Assembly (NCBI GenBank): GCA_964016885.1
Contig: OZ024742.1
Span: 122,512,001-122,576,000, forward strand
DNA length: 64,000 nucleotides
Origin: Eledone cirrhosa
Taxonomy: Eukaryota
Direction: 5' to 3'
Numbering within the stretch: position 1 is the first letter of the stretch; every line of letters starts with the position of its first letter. Below the pieces are notes generated by a model, which saw only the letters and a program-made list of their open reading frames with translations, was not told the DNA's origin and did not search any database. The position numbers and the translations under genes are program-made. Below, in pieces: positions 47,985-61,308 of the stretch.

Positions 47985-49479
47985 TATATATATTCATACT
48001 CATTTTTGTGTGTGTGCTAGTGTGTGAGACAGAGAAAGCGGAGAGGAAAACTGATGTGGTAATGACAGTGGTGTTTGCAATACGAAAACTGTATTTTTTT
48101 TTTTTGAGAACGATAGAAGCCCTTCTTCTAAGTAAATACCCTATAAATACAACCTTTAAAATGTCACATTGATCTTTAATACATGGTTGTTCTTAAACCG
48201 TTGAATATCCATAGTGTCACTTATATTTAAAAATATAATATATATTATTCCCACCGTGACGATCTTTACTCCAAAAAACGCAGATCGAATGTTTATCAGC
48301 CGAAAAAATGGGTAGGAATTTGAATTTATCCAGAGTTTATATGCACTCATAAGTGTAAAATCACACGAAGTAAACAGACTGTGAAACCTCATGAAATTCA
48401 GATTTCTGAAATTTTATGTAGAGTACCTCGGTGAATATTGATTTAGCTAAACAGATTTAGCATCTATATCGTCACTCAATAAATATAAATTTGTCTATGT
48501 CTATAGCATAAATGGCTTATACTTTTTCTCACAATATATCAAGTGTGCAGTGTACAATGAACATGCTTCAGCGCTATATTATATAGCTTATTATTATGTA
48601 GACATAAAAACAAAAGAATTATATGATGTAGAGGAAAAAAAAAGCAAAACAAAATATTCCAAGACAAAACCTATTAAATTACAATATATATTCCCCCAAT
48701 GGTAATACAAAACATGTTTCCAGTATGCGGCTCAAACGTGAAGAAATATCCAATTCGTAAAATGACATTTGTTCCCGTCTGGGACATACGAAAAAACATG
48801 CATTTTATGTTAATATGCAACGACGTATGGTCGGGTCAGGCGTCTGATTGCTACTGGTACCATAGACCCAGAACAATTTGCTTCATGGTGGAGTAGCTGG
48901 TGGCTAAACTGGTTGCGCCACCAGAGTCTATTCAGGTGAGAAGGGTAAGTGGAACACCATCAGCACAAAAGACACAGCAAGAGAGGTTAAAGGGGCGGAT
49001 GAACTCTTCTGGGTCAACGACCATCCACCCCGACTATGGGTTAAATAGCCTCATCAATCGGCAATAGGCGAAGTGTGGTGTGTAGAGCTACACCTTTGAC
49101 ATTACCGAAATCAAACAGAAAGTGGTGGAGATCAATAAGACTATGAATTGGATTAGATTTTTTAATTTAAATTTTCTTACCTATGACTATAACTTAGACT
49201 CTATATTCCTTCACTCTGGGGATGGATGTCCCTTAACCGCAATAGTCTCTCTTCTGTTAGTCTTTGAAACGGCTTTTTGACCCTCAAATTAGATGGGGAC
49301 GATAGACTCATACACTGGTTTACAGAGACCCACGTTGTCTTCTCCCCACCGCGATCCCAGTTTCCCTCTCCCACCTAATTTAAATTTCCATATAATAACC
49401 TTTTCAGCATTATATATTTAATTACTAAAACAATTTATTTACAAGCCGATACAAAGCTTACTTTCAGGGATTATTCTGT

Positions 49480-49866
49480 AATATATGCTAGAGAGTCACA
49501 TCCATATCTGGATTCATGTCCTCCGCCATAAGATATGGGCATATACGCCCAGATCATCACCAGGTTTTATAAATTGTAATAGCCACAATCGTTAAACGTT
49601 ACCAGAGCAAGTTAAGGTGAGGCGGTGTTTCATAGTCGAAACCTTTATAAATCCAAATAGATTTTATATCTGAAGTAGATTGTTTTGTGAACCTGTAATT
49701 CGTGATCGTTCGTATAATTGTGTATATTGGTATTCATTTGATATGTACACAATAAACGCTATTCATTCCCAATATGGTTTCAATCACTTGGATAAGACTG
49801 GAAGGCAAGTGCTACACGTTTCAAAATCCCTAGTCACATTGGTCATGGAAATTCATACCATATACG

Positions 49867-49961
<95 letters not shown>

Positions 49962-51700
49962 TATTGGTGGCTGTTTAGTGTGAATTTTCAGCAGATGGTG
50001 CTTGTTTGGCAGTGGATGTCTGCCGCTGCAATCCTCTCCCACCAGTAGTGGAAATGTATTTTCTGAACATACTGGATGTCAAGAGACACATCATGTAAAT
50101 ATGCTCAAATAAATGAGTGTCAAAGAACAGACTGCTCGGTATATAGAAACCATGGGAATGATGCTGAGCTGTATACTAATAAAAATCTATTTACGGAGAT
50201 TCCCAATGCCAGGGATGTCTCTTCAACGCCGTTTATAATCTCTTCGTCCAATGTTAACAGTTTAGAAATTATATTGCCCTACCTAAGTATCAGGTTTGGG
50301 AGATTATTATTGCATTTTTACTGAGAAAGGGGGAGGAGAATATGATAGCGTTTAATGCACCATTGCCAGATGACCACAGTGTCCTGCAGATTAATTTTCT
50401 TAGCAGTAATAGTGGGCTTGATGCTTCCAGAGTGTCAGCTACTACATCAATTATCAGTTTAATACAGATTACTGAGCACTAGAGATCTGAGATTTCTGGT
50501 TGCCTCTCGAATATTAAAATCTTTCCAACGAAACCAAGCATTTCGGTGACACTCCCGTCGAATTACCCTCTTATTCGTATCAATCTATTCACGCAGATGA
50601 GATTATCATTACATATTATATTGATGAACTGGCTATATTGTGTAAATCCTGTTTTTACAGTGAATTGCCCAGTTTTCCTCTCACCAGGATCAACAATGAC
50701 CATCATCTTTCCATGAAATTTATATTGGAGATTGACTCATTTCTATAAGCAATCACATTTTCTAGGGCATCTCACAGAATGTAACTACACACTACTTTAA
50801 AAGCTCCTGATGGATCCACAAGTGCAATGTAATGACGGTGTTGTTTTCTCCATTTCTTTTTCATTTGCCTTGTAAAAAAGGCCATAACTACTGTGACTCA
50901 GTCTATGTGGAAGTCATAATGGTTTCTTATATAGGCACAAGGCCAGCAATTAGGGGGGAGGGGGGGGAGTCGATTAAATCGACCCCAGATCCTGCCTGGT
51001 ACTTTATTCTATCGACCCATTAAGGATGAAAGGCAAAGTTAACCTCGGCGGGAGTTGAACTCAGATCATAAAGGGCCGTAACTCTATACTGAAAAGCATG
51101 GCGCCCGACCCTCTACCGATACTGCCAAGACTCTGGTAGGATGGTTTGGATTATTGACACAGTCAGCTTTTTTAAGTATAACTTTAGCTAGAGTAGTCCC
51201 AATAATAGTATGGGTTGGTATAGTCTACAGGTGTAAAAACAGATTTGTTTCTTCTGTTTATTTAGACTGCGATAATGTTAGCATTCTTTCATATGGCAGA
51301 TATTTGGTTGTTGTTTCTAGGAAATCACTGAGCCATATGAACTTTTATTGGCTCATATTAAGTATTTAATTGGATAACATTGGGGGGTTGAAATATTCAA
51401 AAGCTGGGACTTGATCGACAACTTCCTTTTCTCTTTCTGCTGCCGTCGAGATCTCTGGTGTATTTCCTCCTTAAACTGCTGTTTACCTACACAACAGGGA
51501 AGAGTTCATCTCGCGCAAAAAAGGTCACCTGTTAGGTGGAGAATATAATGCAGTGTGTCGCTGACAGTTTTCTGCGGGAATGCATTTGCTATTTTGTCGC
51601 CGGAGTACCGTTGATGTATATCACCTATCGAAGGGGGTAGAGTTTGCTTCTCCCCTCCATTTACACTCATCTCCATTATTCAATTTTCTGTATTCTCCTC
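49480..51700 (-). mobile_element. Possible very decayed LINE (RTE-like) remnant
   Basis: Only scattered motif-like fragments and LINE-like composition; no readable ORF. Confidence 0.25.
50916..51129 (-). mobile_element. tRNA-derived SINE
   Basis: The reverse complement has A-box TGGCAGTATCGG, B-box GAGTTCAACTC, the core and the GCTGGCCTTGTGCC 3' end. Confidence 0.82.
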
Positions 51701-53676
51701 CCTCGTTTTTGTATTGCAAATTAACTTCGGGGGATGCACTCTCAGATTGATGAGGGTGATGTTCAATTTGAAATTCTGAAGGTTGATGTCAACTAGGAAA
51801 CATATGGACATGTAAGTAGTTCCAGGAATTGTAACTTTGATTTGAATGGTGATCCGGAAATATGCTTAGTGTGTTATATGTTGAGGGTAAGGGTTGTGTG
51901 TGTACGTTTGTATTTGTTCTCATTTGTTGTGGGTGTGTTTTTGTGTATGTTTATTGTAGCATGTATTGGGGTGTATGTACCTTTTGATAGAATCTGTGTA
52001 TATGTGTGTGTATGTTCACATGTGTTGAAGATTGTATAGATATATGTGTGTCTATATTCACTTTTGGTTGCACCTGTACATATACACGATCACATTTGAA
52101 CGTGTATATCTATACGTTCACATTTGTTGCTGGTGAGGTGGTGATTCTGCACATTTAGTAATGTGTGCAAAACTGTTTGTGAGAATACACTGCTGTATTG
52201 CTGTGGTGTAGTGATAAAAGATGCTTTCACTGAAATAGTATCGCATCTTTCAGATGAATACTGGAATATCACTGGGGTGAAGATACAATTTATATTATTG
52301 CACAATGTCACAACCTCTGTTGATGATACGGTAGTCATCTCAGAGGTCATGGCAGAGAAGATAGCATATCTGATACAAGCAATTAGACTGCAACCTGATA
52401 TGGTCTTACTGATAAATGAGTTAACGATTGTCATGTATATGTGAATATCAAATACGTTAGCGACTACCATGTATATGCATATATATTTGAAAATATACAC
52501 ACATACATATGTAGACGCACACACACACACTCAAATGTGAGTTTGTATGTTTGTGTGTGTTACTTTTCATGTGACTTTCTTAACGTTCTTCCGCTATGTA
52601 TGCATTGCTTGCAAATTGAACCTTTCATAGAGTAGTGGATTCAATATCCATGCTATTACAAGCAGCCCAAATAGTAGTTAAAACTATGTTACAAAGAATT
52701 GATTTTACATTAATGTCAAATAGTTTTAATGTCAATTATTAAAACAAGCGAAGCGCGGTATCTTTCATTATTATTTACATTATTGAGATAAATAAAATGT
52801 TCCTTTCGAAAGGGGTCTTCAGCTACTAAAATATGTTTGCAATATAAATTTATGTATATGCGCCTATGATTTACAGGAAAATTGCCTGCTTAAACGATTT
52901 ATCAATTGATACGTCTGAGAGTGCGTCTAACTGTTACTGATGTCACGCTGTGTTAATGCTTACCATAAAATATGTAAGTGATATGCTATAGTCTCAAAGC
53001 AAACTTAGTAAAGTAGAGTCATAACAATGCAGAAAGCAATAATATAAGCAGAAAGAAAGCAAGGTTAAAATATGAAAACGGAAGTAATAACAGCTTGTTC
53101 TTCTTGAACCTGAATGGTATTGTCAGCACATTGCCACTTTTAACCAAATGTAATATTTCTGAGAATAATTGCATTTGGAAGTTAGAAAAACAAAGAAAAC
53201 TAAACAAAAATCTTAATCAATATTTTTGAATGCCTATGTTTGGGATTAACCCCCCCCCCCCACACTCTCTAAAAATGTGTGTTTTTATCCTTGTGTTTGT
53301 CTTATCTATTCTTTAACTACATATATATATATATATACATATACTTCTAGGGGGCCGACCGAACTAGAAACTGCTAAATGTGTGGCCGCCTTCTTGTCTC
53401 TCTGCCTTTTCAGCCCCTTTATTAAATCTCGAATATCTGATGATGTCACTGGATTCATACTGAACCCGGTCATTGAATTGTTCATAGTATAATAAACCTT
53501 TAAGGAATTACACCAGTCTAGCCTCCTGTAATTTTATTATATTAATATATATATATATATATTATATATATATATATATTCCAACTTGACCGCGACTACG
53601 TCACGATTTTTAGCCATTTTGAAATGAATTCTTGGCGCGATCGTTTTGGAAAATATAATGTCTAGATATGAGCGAG

Positions 53677-53762
53677 CTTCCTGAAGAATCCGGCGCTCGA
53701 GTTTATATAATTATTACATAATTATTGGAAAACTCAAAACACGGACGAAACCATGGTAGAGG
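53677..53762 (+). ncRNA. Type I hammerhead ribozyme motif, copy 1
   Basis: cttc-CTGAAGA-a-TCCG...CGGA-c-GAA-ACCATGGT (palindromic stem III)-A|gagg. Confidence 0.75.
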
Positions 53763-54336
53763 TTTTAAATGTATTCTATTTTCTTCTAGTTTATTTTAAA
53801 CCTAATTCTGCTTAGTTGACTGTATCTAGGCGATTACGCTGTCGAAATATTCGATAAATATTCCACTACGGCCGACGCGAATCGCTAGTTTTGGTTATTT
53901 GTCGGAGATTCCTTCATAGAAGCCTCATTCTTATAGCCTGGTCTATTCGATTTTTTATATAGTTAATTATGCTAATTGGGAGAGGAAATAGTATATATTT
54001 TATCTTGTGATTCTATAGACATGTTTTATGATATATAGCTCTGATTGTTTAAATTATTAATTTTTCATTGAGCCACAAAGTGACCGGTTGCAAAACACGT
54101 ATATGTATGTGTATGTATATATATATATGTAAACATTTATATGAAATAATCTCCCACTAGGTTGAGATAAAAATTTGGCTGTATTGTGCTGTGCTTTCTA
54201 GCAAAAATGCCCCCAGTCGTAAGCAACTACCACACCCCTTCCAACTTGACCGCGACTACGTCACGATTTTTAGCCATTTTGAAATGAATTCTTGGCGCGA
54301 TCGTTTTGGAAAATTTAATGTCTAGATATGAGCGAG

Positions 54337-54422
54337 CTTCCTGAAGAATCCGGCGCTCGAGTTTATATAATTATTACATAATTATTGGAAAACTCAAAAC
54401 ACGGACGAAACCATGGTAGAGG
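54337..54422 (+). ncRNA. Type I hammerhead ribozyme motif, copy 2
   Basis: Identical to 53677-53762, 660 bp downstream. Confidence 0.75.
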
Positions 54423-54689
54423 TATTTAAATGTATTCTATTTCCTTCTAGTTTATTTTAAACCTAATTCTGCTTAGTTGACTGTATCTAGGCGATTACGC
54501 TGTCGAAATATTCGATAAATATTCCACTACGGCCGACGCGAAGCGCTAGTTTTGGTTATTTGTCGGAGATTCCTTCATAGAAGCCTCATTCTTATAGCCT
54601 GGTCTATTCGATTTTTTATATAGTTAATTATGCTAATTGGGAGAGGAAATAGTATATATTTTATCTTGTGATTCTATAGACATGTTTTA

Positions 54690-54739
<50 letters not shown>

Positions 54740-54744
<5 letters not shown>

Positions 54745-55260
54745 AATATTTGCGGAGGATCAGGTTATTGCCAGAAAAATATAATAAAACACACCCACTG
54801 TTTGATTTGGTTTCGTTTTCGCCTCACTGTATTTCTACATTTAATTCAGCTGGTAATCAATGTTTATCATTGACTGTCCAGCAGTTGAAAACTATAGATA
54901 TAAATATAGTCTATCAGATTTCTTTCGTCACACACCCGTGGCATCATCAGTGATATTATTATGTTTACTCCCTGTGTATTGTTGTAATGTTTTTTTATTC
55001 TAATTTATTTATTTATTTATTGTTGTCTCTGTTTGCGCATTTGTTTGTGTTCGTGTTTTCTGTTTGGCGAATGTTGGTGTGTTCGTCTCTGAGCATGTGT
55101 TTCTTTGTATTCTATCTTTGGTCACTAGAGTTTTGGTGCTGTTATTGTATCTGTGAATATGTATTTATATTTATCTTAGATCACTATTGCGTATTTGCAT
55201 ATGGTTGTTGTTGTTGTTATTCTGTCTTAGTGATCTCTCTTAAATTCTTGAGATATGGTC
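54740..55260 (-). mobile_element. PLE terminal-region copy related to 41887-42400
   Basis: Shared blocks, e.g. CACTGTTTG.TTGGTTT.CGTT and TCAATGTTTATCATTGACTG; contains a hammerhead; starts at (TA)n. Confidence 0.7.
54912..54955 (-). ncRNA. Minimal type I hammerhead ribozyme motif
   Basis: tatca-CTGATGA-t-GCCAC gggtgt GTGAC-GAAA-gaaa-TC|tgata. Confidence 0.72.
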
Positions 55261-55579
55261 AATAACTTAGTTAGCGATTTAGTTCTGTGCATGAAGATAA
55301 ATAATTAATGAAATATAATTTGTTGTAATGTAATAATATAATGTGTTTAGCCCTTCTTCAGAAGTACACAAATAGAGATAGAATCACAACGGATAGACGC
55401 AGAGAATAAAGGCTGTTCATAGTAACAAAAAAAAAAAAACACGAAAATAATGAGAGTAGATAATACAGAGCCTTAGGTAGTCTTGGTAACGATTTCTGAA
55501 CGTAAAGTGGAATATGTATGTATTAGGGCAAGCTTGTCCGTGCACATTTAATTGGCGGTAGAATTAATATATATATATA

Positions 55580-57980
55580 TATATCATAAAACATGTCTAT
55601 AGAATCTCCAGATTAAATATATACCGTTTCCTCTCCCAATTAGCATAATTAACCATATAAAAAATCGATTAGACCAAGCTATATAAGTAAAAAAATATAT
55701 AAGTGTGTGAAAAAAAGTGAACATAATATGATTGTTGAAAATAATTGTGGTGGTGGTTGTGGTGGTTAAAGTATAAAGATGTGATGGTATAAATATGAAA
55801 ATATTAAATATATACTTATATGTATTGGTTAAATTATATTATGAAGAAACAGTACAGTGCTAAATAAAGGATGAATTAATAAATAAGGCACTAATCTTTG
55901 CACAGAAAGACTCGGACCTATCCTCTGATGAACTTAGAATAATACTAGCTGCTAGAAGAACTATCATTAGGTTCGATAATAGTTACCGGGAAAGAAAAAA
56001 ACAGTCAGAATAGCTTTGATATCACTATGGGATCTAATAAGTCAGCTCCAGTAACAGATATAGTTAGAATATATATATATAGCACATATCTTACATAAGA
56101 AATTTGATAACCTCCAAAGCGGAATTTATAGAGACGATACGCTCCTTTTAGCTAAAAGCTTAAATAATCAAAACTTGGAAAGATTACGTAAAAAGATTAG
56201 AATCTTCTTCAATAAACTAGGCCTAGGCATCACTTTCTAACTTAGTTCTAAAAAAGTTAACTTCTTAGATTTATCACTCACCTAAACACAGGACTAATAG
56301 AGCCATTCCATAAAAATAACAAAAATCTAGCCTACATTAGTTATAACTCAAACCACCCTCGCTCCGTAATTAACTTCATAGCACATAGTGTATCGCTTAG
56401 AATTTCACGCTTATCTTCTAACCTAGATATTTTTAATGAGCACGCGAACTACTACAACATAGCTTTACTTAAGGCAGGCCACAAGGAGAGGCTCAAATGC
56501 ATACCAGATACAAACAACAACAACACACCTAACAACAATAACACCACCCACACCTATAGAAATAACAAATATAAGACTAAACATAGAAATAAACAAGGAG
56601 CACCAGGAATAAATGAACCGAATATAAGGACCCCTAGGAACTATAAACAAATCCAGCGATAGGAAATACTTATGGTTCAATCCAATATTTAACTCATCTA
56701 TAAAAACCAAACTACCTTCTAGGTTCTTTAAACTAATTGACAATCACTTTCCTAAACTTCACAAATACCATAAAATCTTTAATAGAAAAACTATTAAACT
56801 GTCTTACTCTACTGCAGCCAACATAGAATCGCACATGCATACAATTAACTATAGAAGAATCTCTAGTGAAAATAACCTACAAACAAACACCATAGCGCCA
56901 AATACAAAACACAAACACATAAAAACATCGCAACCGCACACACGTCAGGACGCATCACAACAAAACATCAACAAACCCAAATCTCATCCCATACATAACA
57001 ACATACAAAACCGCATCGAAGAACCGGCACACAGGAAGGCCTCAAAATGTAACTGTCACTTACCGGATAAGTGGCCACTACAAAATAGATGCTCTGATTC
57101 AAATATAGTGTACCTGTGTACTATAAATTCAGGCAAATTAGCAGGCACTACAGAGCGTCTACGGCTGGGGAGTTAAAAAAAGATGTTACGTCCACAGACA
57201 TGCTATAAAGAACCGTAGACTAATGAACACAGCAACGCTCGCCAATAAAATCTGGCAACTTAAAGATACAAACCAAGAAAACGGGATTAGCTGGTCGAAG
57301 CTGTCGGTGGCAAAGGCCTACTAAAATGGAATGTCCCACTGCGGTCATTGCAATATGGAGTTGCTCCATATTTTAAAGTATGACAAAATGTTGCTTAACA
57401 GCAACATATAAGAGTCAATGTTCTGTAGGCATAAAGCAGCTACTAAATTCGCTAATTTCAAACAAACATGATTCAATCCAACCATCACATTATTCAAACT
57501 GAACCACTCACGGTCTATTATAATAACCCATTATTATTAATCCCGCAGAGGTTAGCCTTGCATTTCATCCTTACGGGGTCGATAAAATCAAGTACCAGTA
57601 ATACACTGGTTAATAGCTGGCCTTGTGCCAAAAGCAGAAACAATTATTAACTGTCAATAGATCAACTAATCACTGAATCAACATCATAACCTCCTAACCT
57701 TTCTTTCTTTCACTCTCTTTCCCTAAAAATATTTCACCTCTTCCATTATGTCCTATCATGTTCTCTTCACCTGTCACATAAATTCCAATTTATTGATTTA
57801 TCCTTTATTTAGAACTGTAGTATTTCTTCATAATATAATTTAACCAATACCTGTATGTATATATTTAATATTTTCATATTTATACCATCACATCTTTATA
57901 CTTTAACCACCACGACTACCACAACTATTTTCAACAATCACTATGTTCACTTTTTTTCACACACATACTTATTTTTTTAC
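55580..57980 (+). mobile_element. Neptune-like PLE, decayed, with inverted 5' arm
   Basis: FDITMGS, GIYRDD, VNFLDL, SNHP, LWFNP, IFNRKTIKLSYS, CNC...PL...C...IVY. 55688-55885 is inverted to 57785-57977. 55580-55683 is the inverted terminus of the 660-bp element family. Confidence 0.85.
57541..57650 (+). mobile_element. 5'-truncated SINE with ATTATTAA target-site duplication
   Basis: Core and 3' end present; ATTATTAA at 57533-57540 and 57643-57650. Confidence 0.8.
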
Positions 57981-58684
57981 TTATTTTTTATCATCTTCAT
58001 TCTCACTTATTTATTAATATTTATTTATTATTATTTTTCTTCTTTCTTTTTTCTTTTTCTCTCTCTCTTTTTCTTTTTCTTTTTTTCTTTTTCTTTCTTT
58101 ATTAATGATGTTGTGATTTGAATTTTCCTAGTATATTACAAACGCCGTGTATAATTTTAATCAGTTATTCTGATGATTTGATTAGCCATACATTGTATTT
58201 AAAATTGAGTGACACAACTTCAAGTGATGAGCAATTTTTAGACAACCTAATCAATGAAACAATTGTTCATACTGTAAATTATACCCTTTTTGTACTGTTG
58301 ACCATGTTATTCTTCACTCTCACTATTATTACTCCAAGATCAACCTGCATAGGAATTCCCGGGAACTCGCCACCTAACTAAGGAAACCTCTTGTTGAGTC
58401 AAAAACACCGTACGTTAACACTATCCACAATACGGATTACCTATAACGATAATTTGTTATCCCATATATATAAATAAATATATATATAAATAAATATACA
58501 CAGATATATCCACAGCTAGTTGTGGCGTCTAGTCTGCATGAAGAACTCAATGTAATCCATATGTTGAAAATGTTGTAGCTTAAAATAATTCCCTAAAACA
58601 ATAAAACATTAATAGGAAAACAGAGTCATGATATAAGTTAAAACAATGAAATAAAAAATAAAAAATAAAAAATAAAAAAATAGA

Positions 58685-58880
58685 TTTCAAGCTATCGTGG
58701 AACACCGTTCTACAAAAAACTCCATATCTTGGAAACAGGAGAGAATGCAGGTTATGTTCAGGGGAGATCTTGGAAATTACTAAATCTAAGGACGATTTAT
58801 TGAATAAAAGACAGGACCTGATTATAGTTTGTCATCACGGTATACGAAAAACATTTAAATACTATAAACATAAATAAATA
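58685..58880 (+). mobile_element. Neptune-like GIY-YIG C-terminal fragment
   Basis: TPYLGNRRECRLCSGEILEITKSKDDLLNKRQDLIIVCHHGIRKTFKYYKHK, closely similar to the end of ORF 29553-30149. Confidence 0.75.
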
Positions 58881-59563
58881 TTCTAAATAGCAACTCACTA
58901 TAATTCTATATGGCGTAAGATTTGTTAGTATCCCTTTCCCCTAATTATACGTATTCATGCTTATTTCTTACCTTTTAATGTTATAGCTTCCTTAGATTTA
59001 AGCGTTAATGACTAAGGGCAATAAGGTACACAACCACCCGTAATTGCATAAGTAAATATGTATCTATGTATGTATGATATGGGAATATATATATATATGT
59101 GTGTGTGTGTATGTGTGTATATGCGAGTATATGTGTATGAGTGTTTATATGTGTGTGTGTACATATATGTGTGGGTACATACATATATATATGTGTGTAT
59201 AGGTGTGTATATGTAAATATATATATATATATAAATATATGTGTATATGGTTGTGTGCACATGTGTAGATGTATGTATATGTTTGCATCTATTTATGTGT
59301 ATGTATATTTAGTTGAGTATCAATATAATTATACCTTTATTTATAATGTGTGTATATGCACTTTGTGATCTATGAAATTTATGCGTTTTGACTATGTCAA
59401 CATGTATTTATCTGAGTTTGATTATTTATACGTAGACATACTGGAAAGTATTTTAAGGCGTATCATACGCTGTATTATACTAAGTACAATTTACCACACC
59501 GTACTATATTGTGTTACATTATATTATATTATTATATATTATATTATATATTATATTATTATA

Positions 59564-59753
59564 GGGCGGTGGATTGGCAGTATCGGTAGAGGGTCGGACG
59601 TCATGCTTTCCAGCATAGTTACGTCCCTTTACGATCTGAGTTCAAATCACGCCGAGGTTGACTTTGCCTTTCATCCTTACGGGGTCGATAAAATAAAGTA
59701 CCAGTAATGCACTGGGTATTTGCTGGCCTTGTGCCTAAAGTAGAAACAATTAT
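59564..59753 (+). mobile_element. Full-length tRNA-derived SINE (~190 bp)
   Basis: A-box TGGCAGTATCGG, B-box GAGTTCAAATC, conserved core, 3' end CCTTGTGCCTAAAGTAGAAACAATTAT; ATT-rich left flank. Confidence 0.88.
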
Positions 59754-60814
59754 GTTACGAAGTTTTGAAGTACATCTGTTACACTCACTTAACATGGCAC
59801 ATTGAATGTCTACAGTATCGTTGTTATCATAAATTCATTGAAGAATAAGCCACTTCACTCTTTCAATATTTGTCGTTTTTGACTCGTCGATATAATTCAA
59901 TTTACTAACAGAGGGTGATTTAAAATGTGTAACTAACTGATCATCTGGTTCCTCCAATCTCACGGCCACGAGCAACTCTGCTATTTCATCATTTTCTGTT
60001 CGTGACAACGTTTGATGAAACTAATTCATGCCAAACCTGCGCAGGTCATCTATAAGAGTGGATGTTCATAACGTTTTTAGCCTACCTTTTGGTAATTTCC
60101 CAACACCTGGCAACCATGACATTGCGGTGTTTGCAGTATATGGTTGCATATTTATAGGATATACCCTGTCAGCTGCATTCTTTTGCTCTTGATGACAATA
60201 CTTAGGTGTGTGTAATTATCTCTTCGTTTGTGATCGTAACTTGGGATCATTCAGGAACATTCGGAGGCATCTTTGTTAGAATGTGTCAGCAGCATATGTT
60301 GTGATAACAATTGAGCAGAATAACCTCAGTATTAATTTTAACACTATATGTTAAAATTAATACTGAAACTCTTTTACCTGTTTCAGCCATCCGGCTGAGG
60401 CCATGCTGGGGCACCGCCTGTGTAACTTTTTTATATCATGCCGCCAACGAAGCAACAACATAATGATCTGGGTCTAAAACAGCACCACATAACGCTTTAT
60501 GTTAAATCATTACCCTTAAAATCATTGTGCGAGGTAAAAATAAATGAAAGATATCTAATCAATGAAATATCAACGAAAATTGTTAGGAAACAGATGTAGG
60601 GTTTATAGTACATTTTTTTATGGTCCCTTAACTCCCGATGGAGCCGTCGTAGGTGTACCGTAGACGCTAACGGCGTTTCTATGACATTTTAATCCAGGCA
60701 AGGCCTATCCATCTCTTGGTCTGAACACATCAGATTTTTTCCACAGAAGGATTGAAAATGAGAGGGATGCAGTGAGAAAGAGATATAGAGAAAGAATCTA
60801 CAACAGTATAAGAC

Positions 60815-60950
60815 TGCCATTTATTATCGACTTCGAAAGCATGAAAGGCAAAGTTTACCTCGGCGGCATTTGAACTCAGAAAGCAGAAAGTCGGAATGAA
60901 TATTGCAAAGAATTCTATCCTACGTTCCAACTTCACTGACAATTTGCCGC
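60815..60950 (-). mobile_element. Decayed SINE of the same superfamily
   Basis: The reverse complement shows GAGTTCAAATGCCGCCGAGGTAAACTTTGCCTTTCAT...GTCGATAA. Confidence 0.7.
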
Positions 60951-61216
60951 TTTATAATAAAGTCCAAATGTTCTATTTGTGAGAAAATTTGTTTGCCTCG
61001 TGAGACTGTTGTCATGTATGATAGGTTAAACATATGTAATAACACATGAAATACGGAATTAATCATCTAATTGACCTCATAATGGAAATCTTATATATTA
61101 CCACATCTATTATATATTATTAGATATATAAACTAGCCCAGTATGATTATGCTTGTAAATGGCAACACACAAGCTCTTAAGAAAACACATATAATTCTTC
61201 AGAAACTATTATATAG

Positions 61217-61308
<92 letters not shown>

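Larger units (their letters stand above)
53579..54698 (+). mobile_element. Non-coding hammerhead-bearing element, ~660-bp unit x ~1.7 (direct repeats 53579-54037 and 54239-54698)
   Basis: About 4 differences over ~460 bp; one hammerhead per repeat; (TA)n flanks. Confidence 0.88.

Noticed and set aside
51750-51820. Possible host exon (CAG...GTAAGT)
   Set aside because: Stops in all three frames; no partner exons.
52090-52530. Overlapping 146-aa and 93-aa ORFs, possible C2H2 remnant
   Set aside because: No recognisable domain spacing or splice signals.
59940-60300. SWIM-like ECS*...YCKH motif on the minus strand (Mutator-type remnant?)
   Set aside because: A single short motif with a stop and no termini; insufficient support.
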